Assembly: GCA_964016885.1 (NCBI GenBank)
Contig: OZ024748.1
Location: forward strand, 14,136,001-14,200,000
Reading direction: 5' to 3'
Source: Eledone cirrhosa
Taxonomy: Eukaryota
Length of the DNA stretch: 64,000 nt
In this document: piece by piece, positions 28,107 through 42,859 of the stretch
How positions within the stretch are numbered: the stretch's first letter is position 1
How the letters are laid out: the number at the start of each line of letters is the position of its first letter
Made by a program: the position numbers and the translations under genes
Notes under the pieces: generated by a model
Told to the model about the DNA's origin: nothing
Databases searched by the model: none
What the model saw: only the letters and a program-made list of their open reading frames with translations

Positions 28107-30294
28107 CACATTTATACATATATATATATATGGGTGTGTGGGTGTGCTATATATATATATGAATATATGAGTGCTTGTGTGTGTGTGCAATATAATATAT
28201 ATATATATATATATAAGCAGTGACATATGCAGGTGTTTAAATTTCCTTTTAAATGCGAACGTGTAATAGATAAGGAATGGTGTGTGATGAATATGGATAT
28301 ATATACACACATACATACGCTCGTTTCATACACATATACACAGGTACATAAACACATACATAAATGCACGGACATACATTCCCACTTGCATAAATACAAA
28401 ACATATGCACATGAACACATATTACTCAAATCCTACACATACACACATAGAATAACATCCATACCTGCACACACGTACATGCATGCAGACGTAAAGACAT
28501 ATCTACCTAGGTGATGTTTAAATTCCAATGAGAGAGTCTTGTGTCTATGTTAGAAACCGACTGTCTATCTATTGGTAAAAATTTATAAAATTATAAAACC
28601 AAAAGAACATGCATACATGTCGTTGCAAAGCAAGTCCATCGTTCTTTTTTTACATGACAGATAACTTTGATTAAAGCAACTTGATTATTAGTTCTAAGTG
28701 CTTCCACCTTTAAAAACAACGATTTCGTTACACTTCGCACGTATTTAACCCTTTACTAATTTGATTAGATCGTTAAATAATCAATCTACTTCATGTAGAT
28801 GGTTAGTTTGCAGGAAAGAAGTATTGACTTTTTGATTTAAGCAAAAGGCCAACAATTTTGAGGAGGGGAAAGTTGATTACGCGTGTCAGCTGAAAGCTTC
28901 ATATGCTGACCAAGATACTCTCATGGTATGACCAAATGAGGTTTATTTTCCAAGAAAAGCGAAAGTCTCCATCCATACTTGTTCAACGAACAAGTTATCG
29001 GAAAGCACATGTGTTGCTTGAATTTTACATGAGGTAACATATTTTCAAGGAGAAGATCATAGGGGTTTTCTGATTATTTTTAGGTCCTGGCAGGAAATAA
29101 AAAGAAATACTATGTATATTTTATGCTCTCAATTATAGCAATGCACATTAATGAAACATTTATTGCAAAGGTCAATGATCAAATATATTCAAACCCTAAT
29201 AAAACCCGTCTTTTGGGGGAGTGTGTTTTCAAGTAGAGTGTACTCTAATCCTATAAATTTGATTACTAACAAGTGAAACGTTCATATAAAAGCTCCCTCG
29301 TTTATTTTCACTTCGTAACTACCACTCCATAGTCCCTTAACCCCAAACCACTTCACCCCGACTCCCCCATGGAACTCTGGGTTAACCAAATTAATGCTGA
29401 ATCGACGATAAATAATAAAAGTACTCATTATATACCCTATAATTTCTTTCAAATTTCTTTCAAATTATAAGCGTCCTTTCGTTGTTTTTGTGTGGTTGTC
29501 TTTTGCTGGCTTATTTCTTGTTTTTAAGTTATTACTCTTATATTTTTTTAAAACTATATTTGTGCACATTTAGATTCACAATCCAATTATCTATCTGTGG
29601 GATATTCACAGTTAGAACTCCCTAGATAACAATAATCGTGGCAGATAAAAAAAAATAATAATCGACATCAATTCTAGAATAACTACAACGATTTGCAATA
29701 TGATACCATAAAAAAGAAAGATGGCAGTAATTTCCCTTATCAACTAACTCGATGCCCAGTTATGATATGTCATCACCTGCAATGGTAATAGCAGCATTCT
29801 ATCATATTAATATTTAGAATACCAAGATGCAGCTTGCATAGAATTGAATCACTTCACACATACTAGTTGGAAATTTCATAAATATCTATCGTTTAGTGAG
29901 GAGATATCTAGATAGCTTTTGCTATCTGGTTGGTATATAAATATAAATATAATTACGGTTTTTAACCATAGGAGTATACTGAACATAATTTGGCCTGGTG
30001 GATAAGTGTTTGGGTGTCACGATAATAAAATCATAAATTCAATTCCCTGCATGTGTGTGTGTATATATATAAGGAAAGTTGCAGCTGCTCATCGAATTGT
30101 AAGAGGCAGTCACGAAGCACTCAATGAAGTGAGAAATGGATACATTTCCACCCAGTGTGGACACAAAATGTTAATGGAGTGTGACAACAAGAATACACAC
30201 ACACACACACACAGATAGATTTCTTTATTAGCCACAGGGGTACAAAAGAAGGGGCACATACAAAGGGGGAAGTTTACATACAATAAAAACGTGT

Positions 30295-30342
<48 letters not shown>

Positions 30343-30544
30343 TAGATAATAGATAGATAGATAGATAAATATATATATATATATATATATATAGATATAT
30401 AGATATAAAGAAAGACAAACGGACAGAGAGAAATTATCACGCGTGTTCATATGGCGTTCAGAAACGCATTCATGTAAGTAATCACACACCAATACTTAAT
30501 ATACTAATATATAGAGATATGTTTATATTTATTACATGAAAACA

Positions 30545-30690
30545 ATAATAGTTTCTGATATAGGCACAAGGTCAACAATTATTATGGAAGGGGAAAGTCA
30601 ATTACATCGACCCACGTGCATCACTGGTATTTTATTTTATCGAGGATGAAAGCTAACTTCCGCGAGATTTGAACTGAGAACGTAAAGGGG
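30545..30690 (-). mobile_element. Major SINE, long subtype, 5' truncated
   Basis: AGGCACAAGG..ACTGGTATTTTATTTTATCGA..GAACTGAGAACGTAAAG. Confidence 0.7.
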
Positions 30691-31994
30691 GAAGAGAGAG
30701 AAAGAGAGAGAAAGAGAGAGGAAGAGAGAGGAAGAGAAAGAAAAAGAAATATATATATAGATATAAATATATATAGATAGATCAATAGAGAGAGAGAGAT
30801 AGAGAGAGATCGCGTATATGTATATATAAGTGTATGTGTGAGAACGTATGTCTATGTTTATATGAGTGTATGTGAGAGAAAAGAGGTAAAGAGATCCTGT
30901 GTGTGTATGCGTATATGCGTGTATGTATATATATAAGTGAGAGTATGTACGTATGTCTATATGATTGTATCAGAGAGAGAGAGAGAAGACTTGTTTGTAT
31001 GTGTATTAGTGTAAGTGTGCTATTGACTTATTCCACGCATTCAAATCAACAGAGATTGGCCGATAGAGAGAAATACACACGCATGCGCAGAGAAAGACAG
31101 AAAGACAGAGGAATTGAAATAGAGGAAAGCATAGTCTTCTGCAGAGAGATATAAAATGACAATAACATGACGTGTGATGTTGAAATGTGATCCGGATTCC
31201 AAACAAAGATGGCGTCCATTATGATAATAAAAACATCCAAAGCATCGCTGGGTTTTGTACTCGACGTTGTGCTTGTTTGAGTAAAATCAAATCAAAAATG
31301 GCTGTTGTAATAAATACCATATAAGAAGAATGTTACCCGACTGCTTTCATATCATGTCTTCATTCCGCTCAAAGGGATTTACAGTTCATAAATAAATTTG
31401 AATTTGAATTTAACATCTGAGGGAAGTTTTAACTTAATATGGCGTTTGTGTTCTTTCATATTAGACAATTAGCGATCGTATAAAAGAATAAAAGCTACAT
31501 GACATAAAAACATAAAAAGCAAATGCGAGGCTGGGGGATTCGTGACAGCGAAGAATGCAAAAATCCAGTTTATTTTATGGCATTTGGTAATCGAAGTTCG
31601 AACCGTAAAATTAGTAATGGGCCAAAAGATTTGCAAACGTAAATTGACAATTCAGAGAAGTTTAAGCCCAAGTGAACAAAATAGGAATGAGATACAAACA
31701 AATAAATCAAGAGATAAACAATGAAACTCTATATAATAAACAAAATGAGAGACAAACAGTTGATATGAAACATGATTGGGAAAGAATCAGGGCGGCAAAA
31801 TGTGATAAGGACAACTTATCTTCCTCCATTGTGTCTCTGTGTGTGTATATATATGTGTCTATGTATGATTATGAATATATGCATGTAGATATACGGGCGT
31901 GTGTGTGTGTGTGTGTGTGGATGGATGTTTGTGTGTCCGTGTACATGCGTATGTGTTAGTATATACGTGTTTATGCGCGAATAATAAATGTATG

Positions 31995-32049
<55 letters not shown>

Positions 32050-32180
32050 GTATATATGTGTGGGGGGGGCATCAAATACGTCCTGAACAAGCAATTGTTC
32101 AAGAATTGAATGATTTTGAATAAATACATATTACCAAATAAATATATATATATATATATACACACATACAGATATTTGCA

Positions 32181-32212
<32 letters not shown>

Positions 32213-32235
32213 CGTATTTCAAGTCAGTCCAACAA

Positions 32236-32296
32236 CGACACCACATCAGGTACGGACGTTTCGTTGGTCGTTCATGACCAACTTGTTCAAACTGTG
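32236..32296 (-). ncRNA. Hammerhead-like motif with variant core
   Basis: CAGT-TTGAACAA-GTTGGTC(ATGAAC)GACCAAC-GAAA-CGTCCG-TA-CCTG; perfect 7 bp stem II. Confidence 0.45.
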
Positions 32297-33294
32297 CCGT
32301 TGGAAAAAAAAAAACGGAGAGTTATATATATATCGTAGAGCCCTCCTCCATTCAGATCGTAAATGTCCTAGGTATATGCCACAAAACATGTTGTCCGACA
32401 CACTGCCGCCTATACTGCCAATCAACTACATATGGACACCAATATGTTGAAGGAAAACATTTATTAAATGGACCCAAGTACTTTAATGGTATTTCATTTT
32501 ATCAACCCCTTGATCTCATCGGCGGAATTTGAACTGAGTGCCCAAGTATGAACAACGGAATACATGCTATCTTGTGCCGCTAATAACTCTTCCAGCCCGC
32601 CACCTTTCAAAATAGATAACGTAGGCGTTATTGTTAATCTGAAAAAGGACTCATCCACCATTTTTTTCTCACATTTTTTTTTGCTCCATGGAATTAATCC
32701 ATTATCAGTACCTGCTTAAAGAATTGACTGTAAGAGGCATTTTTCTGCCTATCATTGTAGCATGCATGGTTTGGTTTGTAATCTAAACGATGTTTTCGTG
32801 TGTTATTTATCACGTTTGTCGTGTTGAACAGACTAAACAAGAAAGAAAGTCGTTTTTTAAGGCCTTTTATTTCATTCACATCGCTACTTTCAATATACAC
32901 GAATTCTTTATATTTATGTATGTATGTACATGAGTGTGTGTGTGTGTGTGTGTGTGTAAGTATGTACTTGTGTGTTTGTGTGTGTATGTACATATATGTG
33001 TGTGTATGTATGTATGTGCAGATATGTGTGTGCGTGCGTTTATATATATATGTGTGTGTGTGAGTATATACAATATATATGTATATATACACAAGTATAT
33101 TTCTTCGTTTTCCTTTGGTTTTTCTATTTACCATAGTGTATCAGTATGTGTGTGTATGTGTATGTGTGTGTATGTGGTTCATTTCTTCAAGATTTCCTTG
33201 GAACATTATTCAATATTTCACTTCATCGTCAAATATTCAAAGAGAACAACTTTATGTTTTACTGAACTATAAATATCTATATGTTCTCCTTTGT

Positions 33295-33678
33295 GGCCGT
33301 ATTGGCAGAATCGAAAGAGTTCGGACGCCATGCTTTGCAGCTTAGAGTTATGGCCCTTTATCATCTGAGTTCAAAAACCGCCAAGGTTAGCTTTCCTTTC
33401 ACTCTTACGGGGTTGATAAAATAAAGTACCAGTAATGCGTTGGGATAGTTGCTGGCATTGTGCCAAAAGTGGAAACAATTATTAATAAAAAGGCAGTGGA
33501 TTGGCCGTATCGATATCGTGTCTGACACCATTCTTTGCAGTATAGATTTAAAGTTTACGGTTTGAGTTCAAATCCCACCGAGGTTAACTTTGCCTTTCAT
33601 CCTTACGGGGTCGATAAAATAAAGTACCAGTAATGCACTGGGAAATTGCTGGCTTTGTACCAAACGTAGAAGTAATTA
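33295..33678 (+). mobile_element. Head-to-tail pair of major SINEs (33295-33482 and 33492-33678)
   Basis: Two copies of the core; both end AATTATTAATAAAA. Confidence 0.88.
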
Positions 33679-34134
33679 TTAATAAAATATACACTATGTC
33701 ATTTAATAAATGAAGAATGTTTTGCGATTTACTAAAATTATTAATTATTTCATCAATATGTGATACTTTTATTTCATTAATAAATCTGGAATTTTTAGTG
33801 GTCTACTAAAATCATGAATTATTACATCACTATGTTACTAACTTAAAATATGGTTCTTATATGAATTTATGTCGAGAAATTTTAATTTAAATAGGGACCT
33901 TTTAAAATGGCCGTTTTTGTTGGATTGCTTTCAAAAGTGTTAAATATGTTTAGCGCCATTATAGATTTTTATAACTAATGTTTCATTTCATATAAATTGT
34001 CTTATAGATGAGCATAAACATATTTTCACTGACCTCATCCACATCAGCAGCAGCAGCAGCATGCTGTTCTTGTAACCTCTTCCTCGTCTACTGCTGCTGA
34101 TGGAAATTTAGTTTCATTCATACGAAGGCGAATA

Positions 34135-35730
34135 TAGTAGTAGTAGTAGTGGTGGTGGTGGTTGTGGTTGTGGTGGTTGTGGTGGTGGTGGTTGTGGTGG
34201 TTGTGGTGGTTGTGGTGGTTGTGGTGGTGGTGGTAGTGGTAGTGGTAGTAGTTGTAGGGCGAAGATGGGGAGGAGGCGGAGTAGCAATAGTTATTTTTTT
34301 TGTTTGTTTTGCTTTTTTACTAACTACAGTTGTATCATCATCATCAGCAGCAGCAGCATCAGCAGCAGCATCAGCATCAGCAGCAGCAGCAGCAACCAAT
34401 GACATTGACACACGATATGGGATCTAAATTAAAATTTAAAGAATCTTCGACCTGGTCATCACAAATTCAACGAAATTATTGGGTAGATAGATGGGTGGGT
34501 AGATGGGTGGGTAGGTAGGTATATATATAGGTGGGTAGATGGGTGGGTAGATAAGTGGGTGGGTAGATCTAGATTGATGGGTGGGTAGATAGGTAGGTAG
34601 AATTGTGGGTGGGTAGGTAGATATATAGATATTGGGCAGATATATAGATAGGTGGGTGGGTGAGATAGATGGGTAAATAGATGGGTGGGTAGGTAGATAT
34701 ATAAATAAATTAGGTAGGTAGATAGATTTGTGGGTAGATAGATTGGGTGGGTAGATAGATGGGTGGGTAGATAGATAGTGGGTAGTGAAACAGAGAGAGA
34801 GAGAGAGAGAGAGGAGGAGGAGGAGGTAGAGTTTTACTTTGCCTCAACCTAACATGGCAGTGATTCTATTGTTGGAGACAATCTACTTGGTGCTTTTAGT
34901 CAAAATATTTCCTGTTGTACAGTAAAAGGAAATTTACTGAAGTCTTAGTATCCTAAGTCTTAGTATCCTAAGTCTTAGTGTCCTGCCGCCATCTTTCCCT
35001 TGAAATTACTGTTGTTTTTCTTGTTGTTGGTATTTGTTATTGGTGCATTTACTGTTATTGGTACTTGTTATTGGTGCATTTACTGTTGTTGGTATTTGTT
35101 ATTGGTACATTTACTGTTGTGGTTGTTATTGGTGTATTTACTGTTGTTGGTACTTCTACTGTTGTTGGTGGTTTTAGTGCTGTTGCCATTATTGGTGTTT
35201 TTGCTGTTGTTATTGTTACTTTTGCTGTTATTGTTGTGGCTGTTATTAGTGTTGTGGCTATTGGTGTTGTTTTTGTTACGTTTGCTAACTGTTACTTCGG
35301 TTGTTGCTGTGTTGTATTTGTTGTGGTGGTGGTTGTGATAGTGGTTGTGATGTTAGTGGTAGTGATAGTGGTTGTAGTGGTTGTGGTACTAGTGGTAGTG
35401 GTTGTGGTGGTAGAGGTGGTAGTGATGGTGGTGGTAGTGGTAGTGGTGCTTGTGGTAGTGGTCGTGGTGGTTGTATTAGTGGTGGTTGTTATGTTAGTGG
35501 TGGTTGTTGTTGTGGTGGTGGTGGTGGTGGTGATGGTTGTTGTAATGACCGTTGTGTATGTTGTGCTTTATTCGATGTTCTTTATTGTTGTTGTAATTGC
35601 TGTTGTCATTGATGTCGTCCTTGTGGTTGCCGTAATAGTTACTGTTGCTGTTGCTATTGCTGTTATTTTTGTTGATGTTGCTCTCGTAATTAATGTTGCT
35701 GTCGTTGATGTTAGAGTTATTGTTGTAATC
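34135..35730. repeat. Low-complexity tracts: (GGT/GTT)n, (CAG)n, (GGTA/GGTG)n and degenerate (GTT)n
   Basis: Visible tri- and tetranucleotide repeats that explain the poly-V/T/A ORFs. Confidence 0.9.
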
Positions 35731-36264
35731 CGCCATGACAGTACGGCTTTCTATTGGTCAATTCTTGACAAATAACAAGAGGAACAACAACATAATTCAA
35801 TGATCGCGTTTTGGATACAAGATGGTAATGTTGTTTAGAGGTTTAACTATGTTAATTGGTCTCTTGTCAGGCAAAGTGACATGTGTGTATATACGTATTA
35901 TACATACATGCGGAGTATATGTGTGAGTTTTTGTTTGTTTATGTGCACGTACTTCTATAATATATGTGTCTGAGTATGTGTCTGTAAGTGTGTGTTTTTG
36001 TGTTTGGGAGTTTATGTTTGTTTTGTCTATTTCATAGTGTACATATTAGGATTGCATTAGCATGTATTATAGAAATAACTACCTCCGTAGTAGCAATCGA
36101 AGGCGAAACCACTGTGTAGCCGCTCAATATGCTAGAAATATCAGCCAAGTGTCCCTCCCATCAAAACCTAATGTGTTAGAAGTGGAAATATAAATGCGTC
36201 TCCGTGATAAAGGGAATCCTTTAAAAACTCAGGTGAGATGGTCCAAGTTTTAACGCCTTAGTAA

Positions 36265-36460
36265 AGGCACGTGTTTTAGTGGTTAGAGAGTTGAATTGAC
36301 AATTGTGAGGTTGTGAGTTCAATTCCCGGGCTGGGCAATGTGTTATGTCCCCGAGCAAGACAATTTATTCACGTTGCTCCATCTGCGACGAGCTGAGACT
36401 GGTAGATAGTATCAGCAATTCGAAAGATCAATAGAAACATTGTTTCCCTGATCCGGTCTG
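36265..36460 (+). mobile_element. SINE homologous to 1283-1490
   Basis: AGTGGTTAGAG..GAGTTCAATTCCCGGG..GAGCAAGACA.TTTATTCACGTTGCTCC..TAGATAGTA. Confidence 0.75.
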
Positions 36461-36945
36461 AAGAGTTCAACCCCACTGGTTATGTAGTGATGCCTGGGAT
36501 CTTATCGATTTGGATATATATGAATAACAAAAAAATAACATATTTTGAACATAGGATCTTCTGGATTGAGTTTTGAACTGTGGATAACCAACAGCAACTA
36601 CACTAGAAAGGTTCGACCACTGAACGCAAGAAAACAAAACTAAAATCTACATTGCATTTATTCTAGAGATAATATCTGATCTCCTATTACATATTACTGA
36701 TTGTTTGGGGAAAGAAAATGAAATGTATAGCTCCTGCCAACGAGATTGTATCTCATATAAGAATTCAAGAGTGCTTTAGTTGCAGGATCTCCCATTCTAT
36801 CATACCCCTCTACACATACATACACACACACAGGCGTGCGCACGTATGTATATGGTGTTGTTTTTAAACCTCATGTCTAAAAAGCGCTAAAGGATTTCAT
36901 TAAGTGCACAAAATATTTTGATGATGATGATGATAATAGTAATAA

Positions 36946-37702
36946 TAATTGTTTCTACTTTTGGCACAAGGCCAGCAATTACCCAGTGCATTACTGGTAC
37001 TTTATTTTATCGACCCCGTAAGGATGAAAGGCAAATTTAACCTCGGCGGGATTAGAACTCAGAATGTAAAGGGCCATAACTGTATGCTGCAAAGCATGCT
37101 GTCTGACGCATAATAATTATTTCTACTTTTGGCAGAAGGCCAGCAATTACCCCAGTGCATTACTGGTGCTATATTTTATTGACCCCGTAAGGATGAAAGT
37201 GTCGGACATGTTTTGCAGCATAGTTACTTCCCTTTACGATCTGAGTTCAAATCCCGCCGAGGTTAACTTTGCCTTTCATCCTTACGAGGTCGATAAAATA
37301 AAGTACCAGTAATGTACTGGTTAAATTCCTGGCCATGTGCCAAATGTAGAAACAATTATTTCAGAAAATGTTTTTAAAAATACGTCATTCAACAACTAAC
37401 ATAAAATGGCACAGGCACAATAGATGAAGCCTGTCTCTGTGTGTGTGTGTGTGTGTGTGCGTGTCTGCGTATATATATATGTTCTTACGTTTAAAGCAGA
37501 TTACCTCTATGTGTTATAATTGTTTCTACTTTTGGCACAAGGCCATCAAATACCCAGTACATTACTGGTAATTTTATTTTATCGACCCCGTATTAATGAA
37601 AGGCAAATTTAACCTCGGCGAGACTTGAACTCAGATCATAAAGTAACGTAACTATGCTGGAAAGCCTGTCCGAGCCTCTATCGATACTGACAATTCACCG
37701 CC
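36946..37702. mobile_element. Cluster of four major-SINE pieces (36946-37110 -, 37112-37199 -, 37200-37359 +, 37517-37702 -)
   Basis: Core motif in both orientations; last copy flanked by the TSD ATGTGTTATAAT (37509 and 37707). Confidence 0.88.
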
Positions 37703-38653
37703 AATGATGTGTTATAATGTACGTGTATAACATTAGGTATACATGACATTAGCTATTTTGTAATGATTTAAATGCTCAGATTTATTCTTTGTGAATATTA
37801 TTAGAAGGTACGGCGCATGTTTGGGATTATCTGAAACATGACATTTTAAATGTCATATATATATATATATATATAAGATTTCCTGTGATATTTGCATTGT
37901 GCAAGCGTTTTGAAGCCTTAACATTTAGCTTTAATTCTCTCATGCGCGATCATAGAGCCACATGAATCTTATATTATGTCGATCTTATATATATATATAT
38001 ATATTTATTATCTATATACGGATACAATGTACGGTTTCCAACGCACGTGACCGTAATTATAGTCAATCACTATAAATAATAGTTGAGAACACAAATAAAA
38101 TAATCCTAGAGATGGCAAAACTGGACAAAGGAACCTACGACGAATGGGGCACGGCTCCCCTCGTGTATGGGCATTAACCACTTGGGTAAAGAACCTGCTT
38201 TTCAGTTTTCGTTTTTTTTTTGTTTTTTTTTTAAGCGTTTAAGCAGGCCTAGAAACGTATAGCTGGCGTTCAAAGTAGAAAGCATTGACAAATTTTAAAT
38301 ATACCCCTCCTAAACGTCAAGGGCTTAATACAGAGACACACACCATATTTGGGAGTATACATGTATGTATGGATATATATATATATGCATGCATATATGT
38401 ATGAATGAATGTACGTATGAATATACGTATATATATACATGCATATATGTATGTATATGTAGGTAGTTACGTATGTATGTATGTAAGCAAGTAAGTAAGT
38501 ATGTACGTATGTATAAATAGATATTTATTTATGTACGACAGCCTCTGTGTCAGTAAAAATGTTCAGTCTTAATAAAACATGACTAACTATTTAATAAGCC
38601 ACGTTCCTCATATTATTGATACTATATATTCATTTGAATTCACTCTGTACACA

Positions 38654-38684
<31 letters not shown>

Positions 38685-38712
38685 ATACATATATATATAT
38701 GTATATTTACAT

Positions 38713-38756
<44 letters not shown>

Positions 38757-38810
38757 GTATATATATATAAAGCGCCTTCCATGTATGTGTGCACATATAT
38801 GTACGTATAT

Positions 38811-38865
<55 letters not shown>

Positions 38866-38880
38866 GAGAGAAAGAAATAG

Positions 38881-38927
<47 letters not shown>

Positions 38928-39167
38928 GTGAGATAGAGAAAGAGAGCAATAAGAGAGTTTGTGTGAGCAGAGACTGAGGGTGAAAATGTTTTTTTGTTTT
39001 TGTTTGTTTTTTTTCTTTATTTACAGACCAATCTTATTAAAAACCCGACTTTGATCCGTTTTCATATATTTATATTTTCCTCTCCTCGAAATTCCTTATG
39101 AGATTTTCTCTCTCTTTCAATCCCCAACACTCTCATATTATTGGAATCATATTTACACACACACACA

Positions 39168-39229
<62 letters not shown>

Positions 39230-39298
39230 AATATGTATATAAATGTACGTGTATGCATATGTATGTATAAATATATATATACGGTGTGTGTGTGTGTG

Positions 39299-40136
39299 TA
39301 TGCTCATTAATTTGATCGACATTCTGTGTTAAAAATACATGGAATATTTGGTTTGTCTGGGAGTAGCCTAGAACGCGATGGTTGAGTATATCATTACAGG
39401 GCTAGGTTAGTTCTAGCTTCGGTCCCGCTGCTAGGTACTATCGTCATATATCTTCTACTAAAACCTCCAGTTGACCAATGCCTTGTGTGTGAAATTTAAT
39501 AGGCCCACACCTGAATACTATTATCTTATGATGTTTCTGTATGAGAATTATGTTTTAAACTGTTTACATTTAAATAAAACCCTATGAATTATGGGAAATC
39601 TTACAAACGTTATACTCCAAAATTCATCTTAATATGAAAACAAATATTACTAATTTCAAAATCCTGAATTTTGTTAATATTTGTTTTCATATTAAGATGA
39701 ATTTTGGAGTATAACGTTTGTAAGATTTACCATAATTCCTAGGGTTTTATTTAAATATAAACAGTTTAAAACATAATTCTCATACAGAAACATCATAAGA
39801 TAATAGTATTCAGGTGTGGGCCTACTGAATTTCACACACAAGGCATTGGTCAACTGGAGGTTTTAGTAGAAGATATATGACGATAGTACCTAGCAGCGGG
39901 ACCGAAGCCAGAACTAATCTAGCCCTGTAATGATATACTCAACCATCGCGTTCTAGGCTACTCCCAGACAAACCAAATATTCCATGTATTTTTAACACAG
40001 AATGTCGATCAAATTAATGAGCATATATCGAATGCAAAAAAAACTGTCTGTTTCATTTAATGTTAATAAAATTCAGCATTTTGAAATTAGTAACATTAAA
40101 TGAAACAGACAGTTTTTTGCATTCGATATATGCTCA
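39299..40136. repeat. Two adjacent inverted duplications (arms 39299-39649/39675-40025 and 40018-40065/40091-40136)
   Basis: ~350 bp arms with only a handful of mismatches; the two ~25 bp spacers are reverse complements of each other. Confidence 0.93.
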
Positions 40137-40649
40137 CGAACGGGCGGAATCGTCAACTTTTTTTCTGCTAAGCAATGTAAGTGACTGTAGAGCTAATGAA
40201 CCTTGAGATTAATTTTACACGCAAGATTAGTAAAATTTAAAAAAAAATATTGCGTAATACAAAGTAGCTGTCTGCCTTATTGTTCCCAAGAAATATTTGG
40301 CAACCAGAAAAAGGAAGCGCATGCACAGGACTTAATCCTGTTCATCAACTGCAGGAAATATGAAGTTCTTTTATATATGGAAAATCACAACGAAACATCT
40401 AAACTTTAAAGTTGTTGCTTTTTTTTTTCGAAAATAGCATTAGCTAATAGAGACTAGAGACAAACCACGTTGAATACTTTCAATACAATAAAATATATAA
40501 AACTAAAATAAAACCACCACTGCCCTGCTACTTACACAAGACTCAGGGGTGGTGCATTTGGTAGTCTAGTGGAAAACCACAATAAAAAAATTTGACAGCT
40601 GAAAAACAACAAACATAACGATATTGACGATGATGGTAATGATACGAAA

Positions 40650-40930
40650 TGCGTAGTTTCCCCTTGTTTCTCTACCTTCATTTAATAGCTCACCTTCACC
40701 AACTGTTATTAAGAGCACCTCTTCATTATCAGCAACATACTCCCTCAGATTTTCTACATCTATCCACCTACAGTCTTTTATGCTTATCAGCTCTTGCTTT
40801 TCCCACTTTTCTCCTAAAATATAGAGCTTGTCGACATCTGCCTGTAGTTTTAAGACTCTGTATATTGTCATCACCACCTTTGATTTTCTTTGTAGCAAAC
40901 TTCTCAACTTCTTCCCTTGTCTAATTTATT
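40650..40930 (-). mobile_element. Decayed R4/Dong-like non-LTR retrotransposon fragment
   Basis: RKSKVVMTIYRVLKLQADVDKLYILGEKWEKQELISIKDC..VENLREYV resembles the post-RT motif RKTRK.LT....HP.SDVDRLY.PR..GGRGLISIEDC. Confidence 0.65.
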
Positions 40931-41089
40931 ACTCCTGCGCTACATCTGATGATGGGTACTGCCCTTCAGGTCATGGCGCTGATAATATTTATGTCATTGT
41001 TTTATATTTTTAAATATTTTCTTTACTCATCGCTGATACCCTTCTCTGATTTTGCTTTTTATGCGCTCGTCTTTTATAACCTCATTTTC

Positions 41090-41460
41090 CACCCCCAGGT
41101 ATATATAGAACGCCTTTACATTCTGATTTCAAATCCCGCCATGGTAAACTTTACCTTTAATCCTCTGGGGTTCATAAAATAAAGTACCAGTCAACTGCTG
41201 GAGTTGATATCATCTATTTTCCCCCCGAATATCTAGCCTTATGCTCATATAAGAATTAATTATCATTAGGGGCGGTCCATTTGCAGGAAGGGTAGAGCGC
41301 AGGACAAAACTTTGTGGTATTTACTTAAGACTTTCTAATTCCTGAGTTCAAATCCTGCCGAGGTTAACTTTGCCTTTCATCCTTACGGGGTCGATAAAAT
41401 AAAGTACCAGTAATACAGTTGGATAATTGCTGGCCTTGTGTCAAAAGTATAAATAATTAT
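41090..41460 (+). mobile_element. Tandem pair of major SINEs
   Basis: Cores at about 41125-41190 and 41342-41412. Confidence 0.8.
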
Positions 41461-42825
41461 TATCTCCAAATAAATTTATTCCCACCCTCACACATACTTT
41501 TCCTTCCTCGACACACTTATATATATTTCCGTCTTTCTTTCCGTATTTTTTCCTCGTGCCATTATTTGACGTCACATCCAATTGTTGTAGTTGCTTTCTA
41601 CTTTTTTCTATTTTATTATTCTACAACGTGTTCACTTAAAAACTTGCTGGATATATCAAAAAAACTGTAATACCTTCTTTCCGGTGGGAGAATGTAAGAT
41701 GGCGCCCTTTTGTCGCGCTGACCTACAAAAATGTTCCTCTCACTTACAATCATCATTTATCTTATTGTAGATGTTCTTTCTTTTACTTATTTCTCAAATG
41801 TCTTTGTTTTTACTTGCTCCATTTATTTTTTCACTACTTATTTATGTGTTTATTTATTTATATATATTATTAAACGTTAGTTCTCTATCATATTTCCTTC
41901 TTTTTAGAACCATCCACTCAGCCAAGTTGATGTGCCAATCTACTAAAACCTTCTTCCCGACAAATCGACCAGTCTTCATTTTTGTCAGGTCTGGTACTTA
42001 ATTTATCGAGCTCTTTCACTCGAAACGCTAAGTTACCAGACATAAACGGAGGCACATACAAAATCGTAAGCATACACACGCAGAGACACACACATATATA
42101 TTCCTGATTTCAAACGAATGGAATAGTTGTAGCCTATAGAAGTCATTTCTATATATATAATAAAGATGCCTATGGTCTACCAATGTATTGAATACCTTTT
42201 TTCACTTTTTTTTACCCAAACCCCACGGCACAACTCAGGAATCTAAATATTCTCTCCCTCTATATATAATAAAGGTTAAGATAGTTATCAAGTGAATTTG
42301 ATCTCGATGTTTACTATATATATATATATATATATATTTATTAAAATAACAGATTAAAGTTTAAGCAAAAAAATCGCTGCTTTCACCCTTAACGGGATCT
42401 TCTGTTATTTTAATAAATATTTGCTCTACGGTTCTTATATATCTGATATATATATTGATCCTTATCGAGCCCTCTTTGGATTTTAGTCTTCAAATTTATT
42501 ATTATTATTATTACTATATATATATATATATATATATGATGGCTGTAGCTCTATTTCGAGTAATGATATCGCTTGATGTATGTATGTATGTATGTATGTA
42601 TGTATGTATGTATGTATGTATGTATGTATGTATGTATGTATGTATGTATGTATGTATGTATGTATGTATGTATGTATGTATGTATGTATGTATGTATGTA
42701 TGTATGTATGTGCGTGTGCGTGTGCGTGTGTGTTCACACCGAGAAGATACTCGACGAACGAGTCGTGCGGCAGCAATGAAATACGGACCACATCTTTATG
42801 AGGCAAACACCTTAGCTACAGAAGC

Positions 42826-42859
<34 letters not shown>

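Noticed and set aside
34978-35775. 265 aa Val-rich ORF
   Set aside because: Degenerate (GTT/GGT)n trinucleotide tract.
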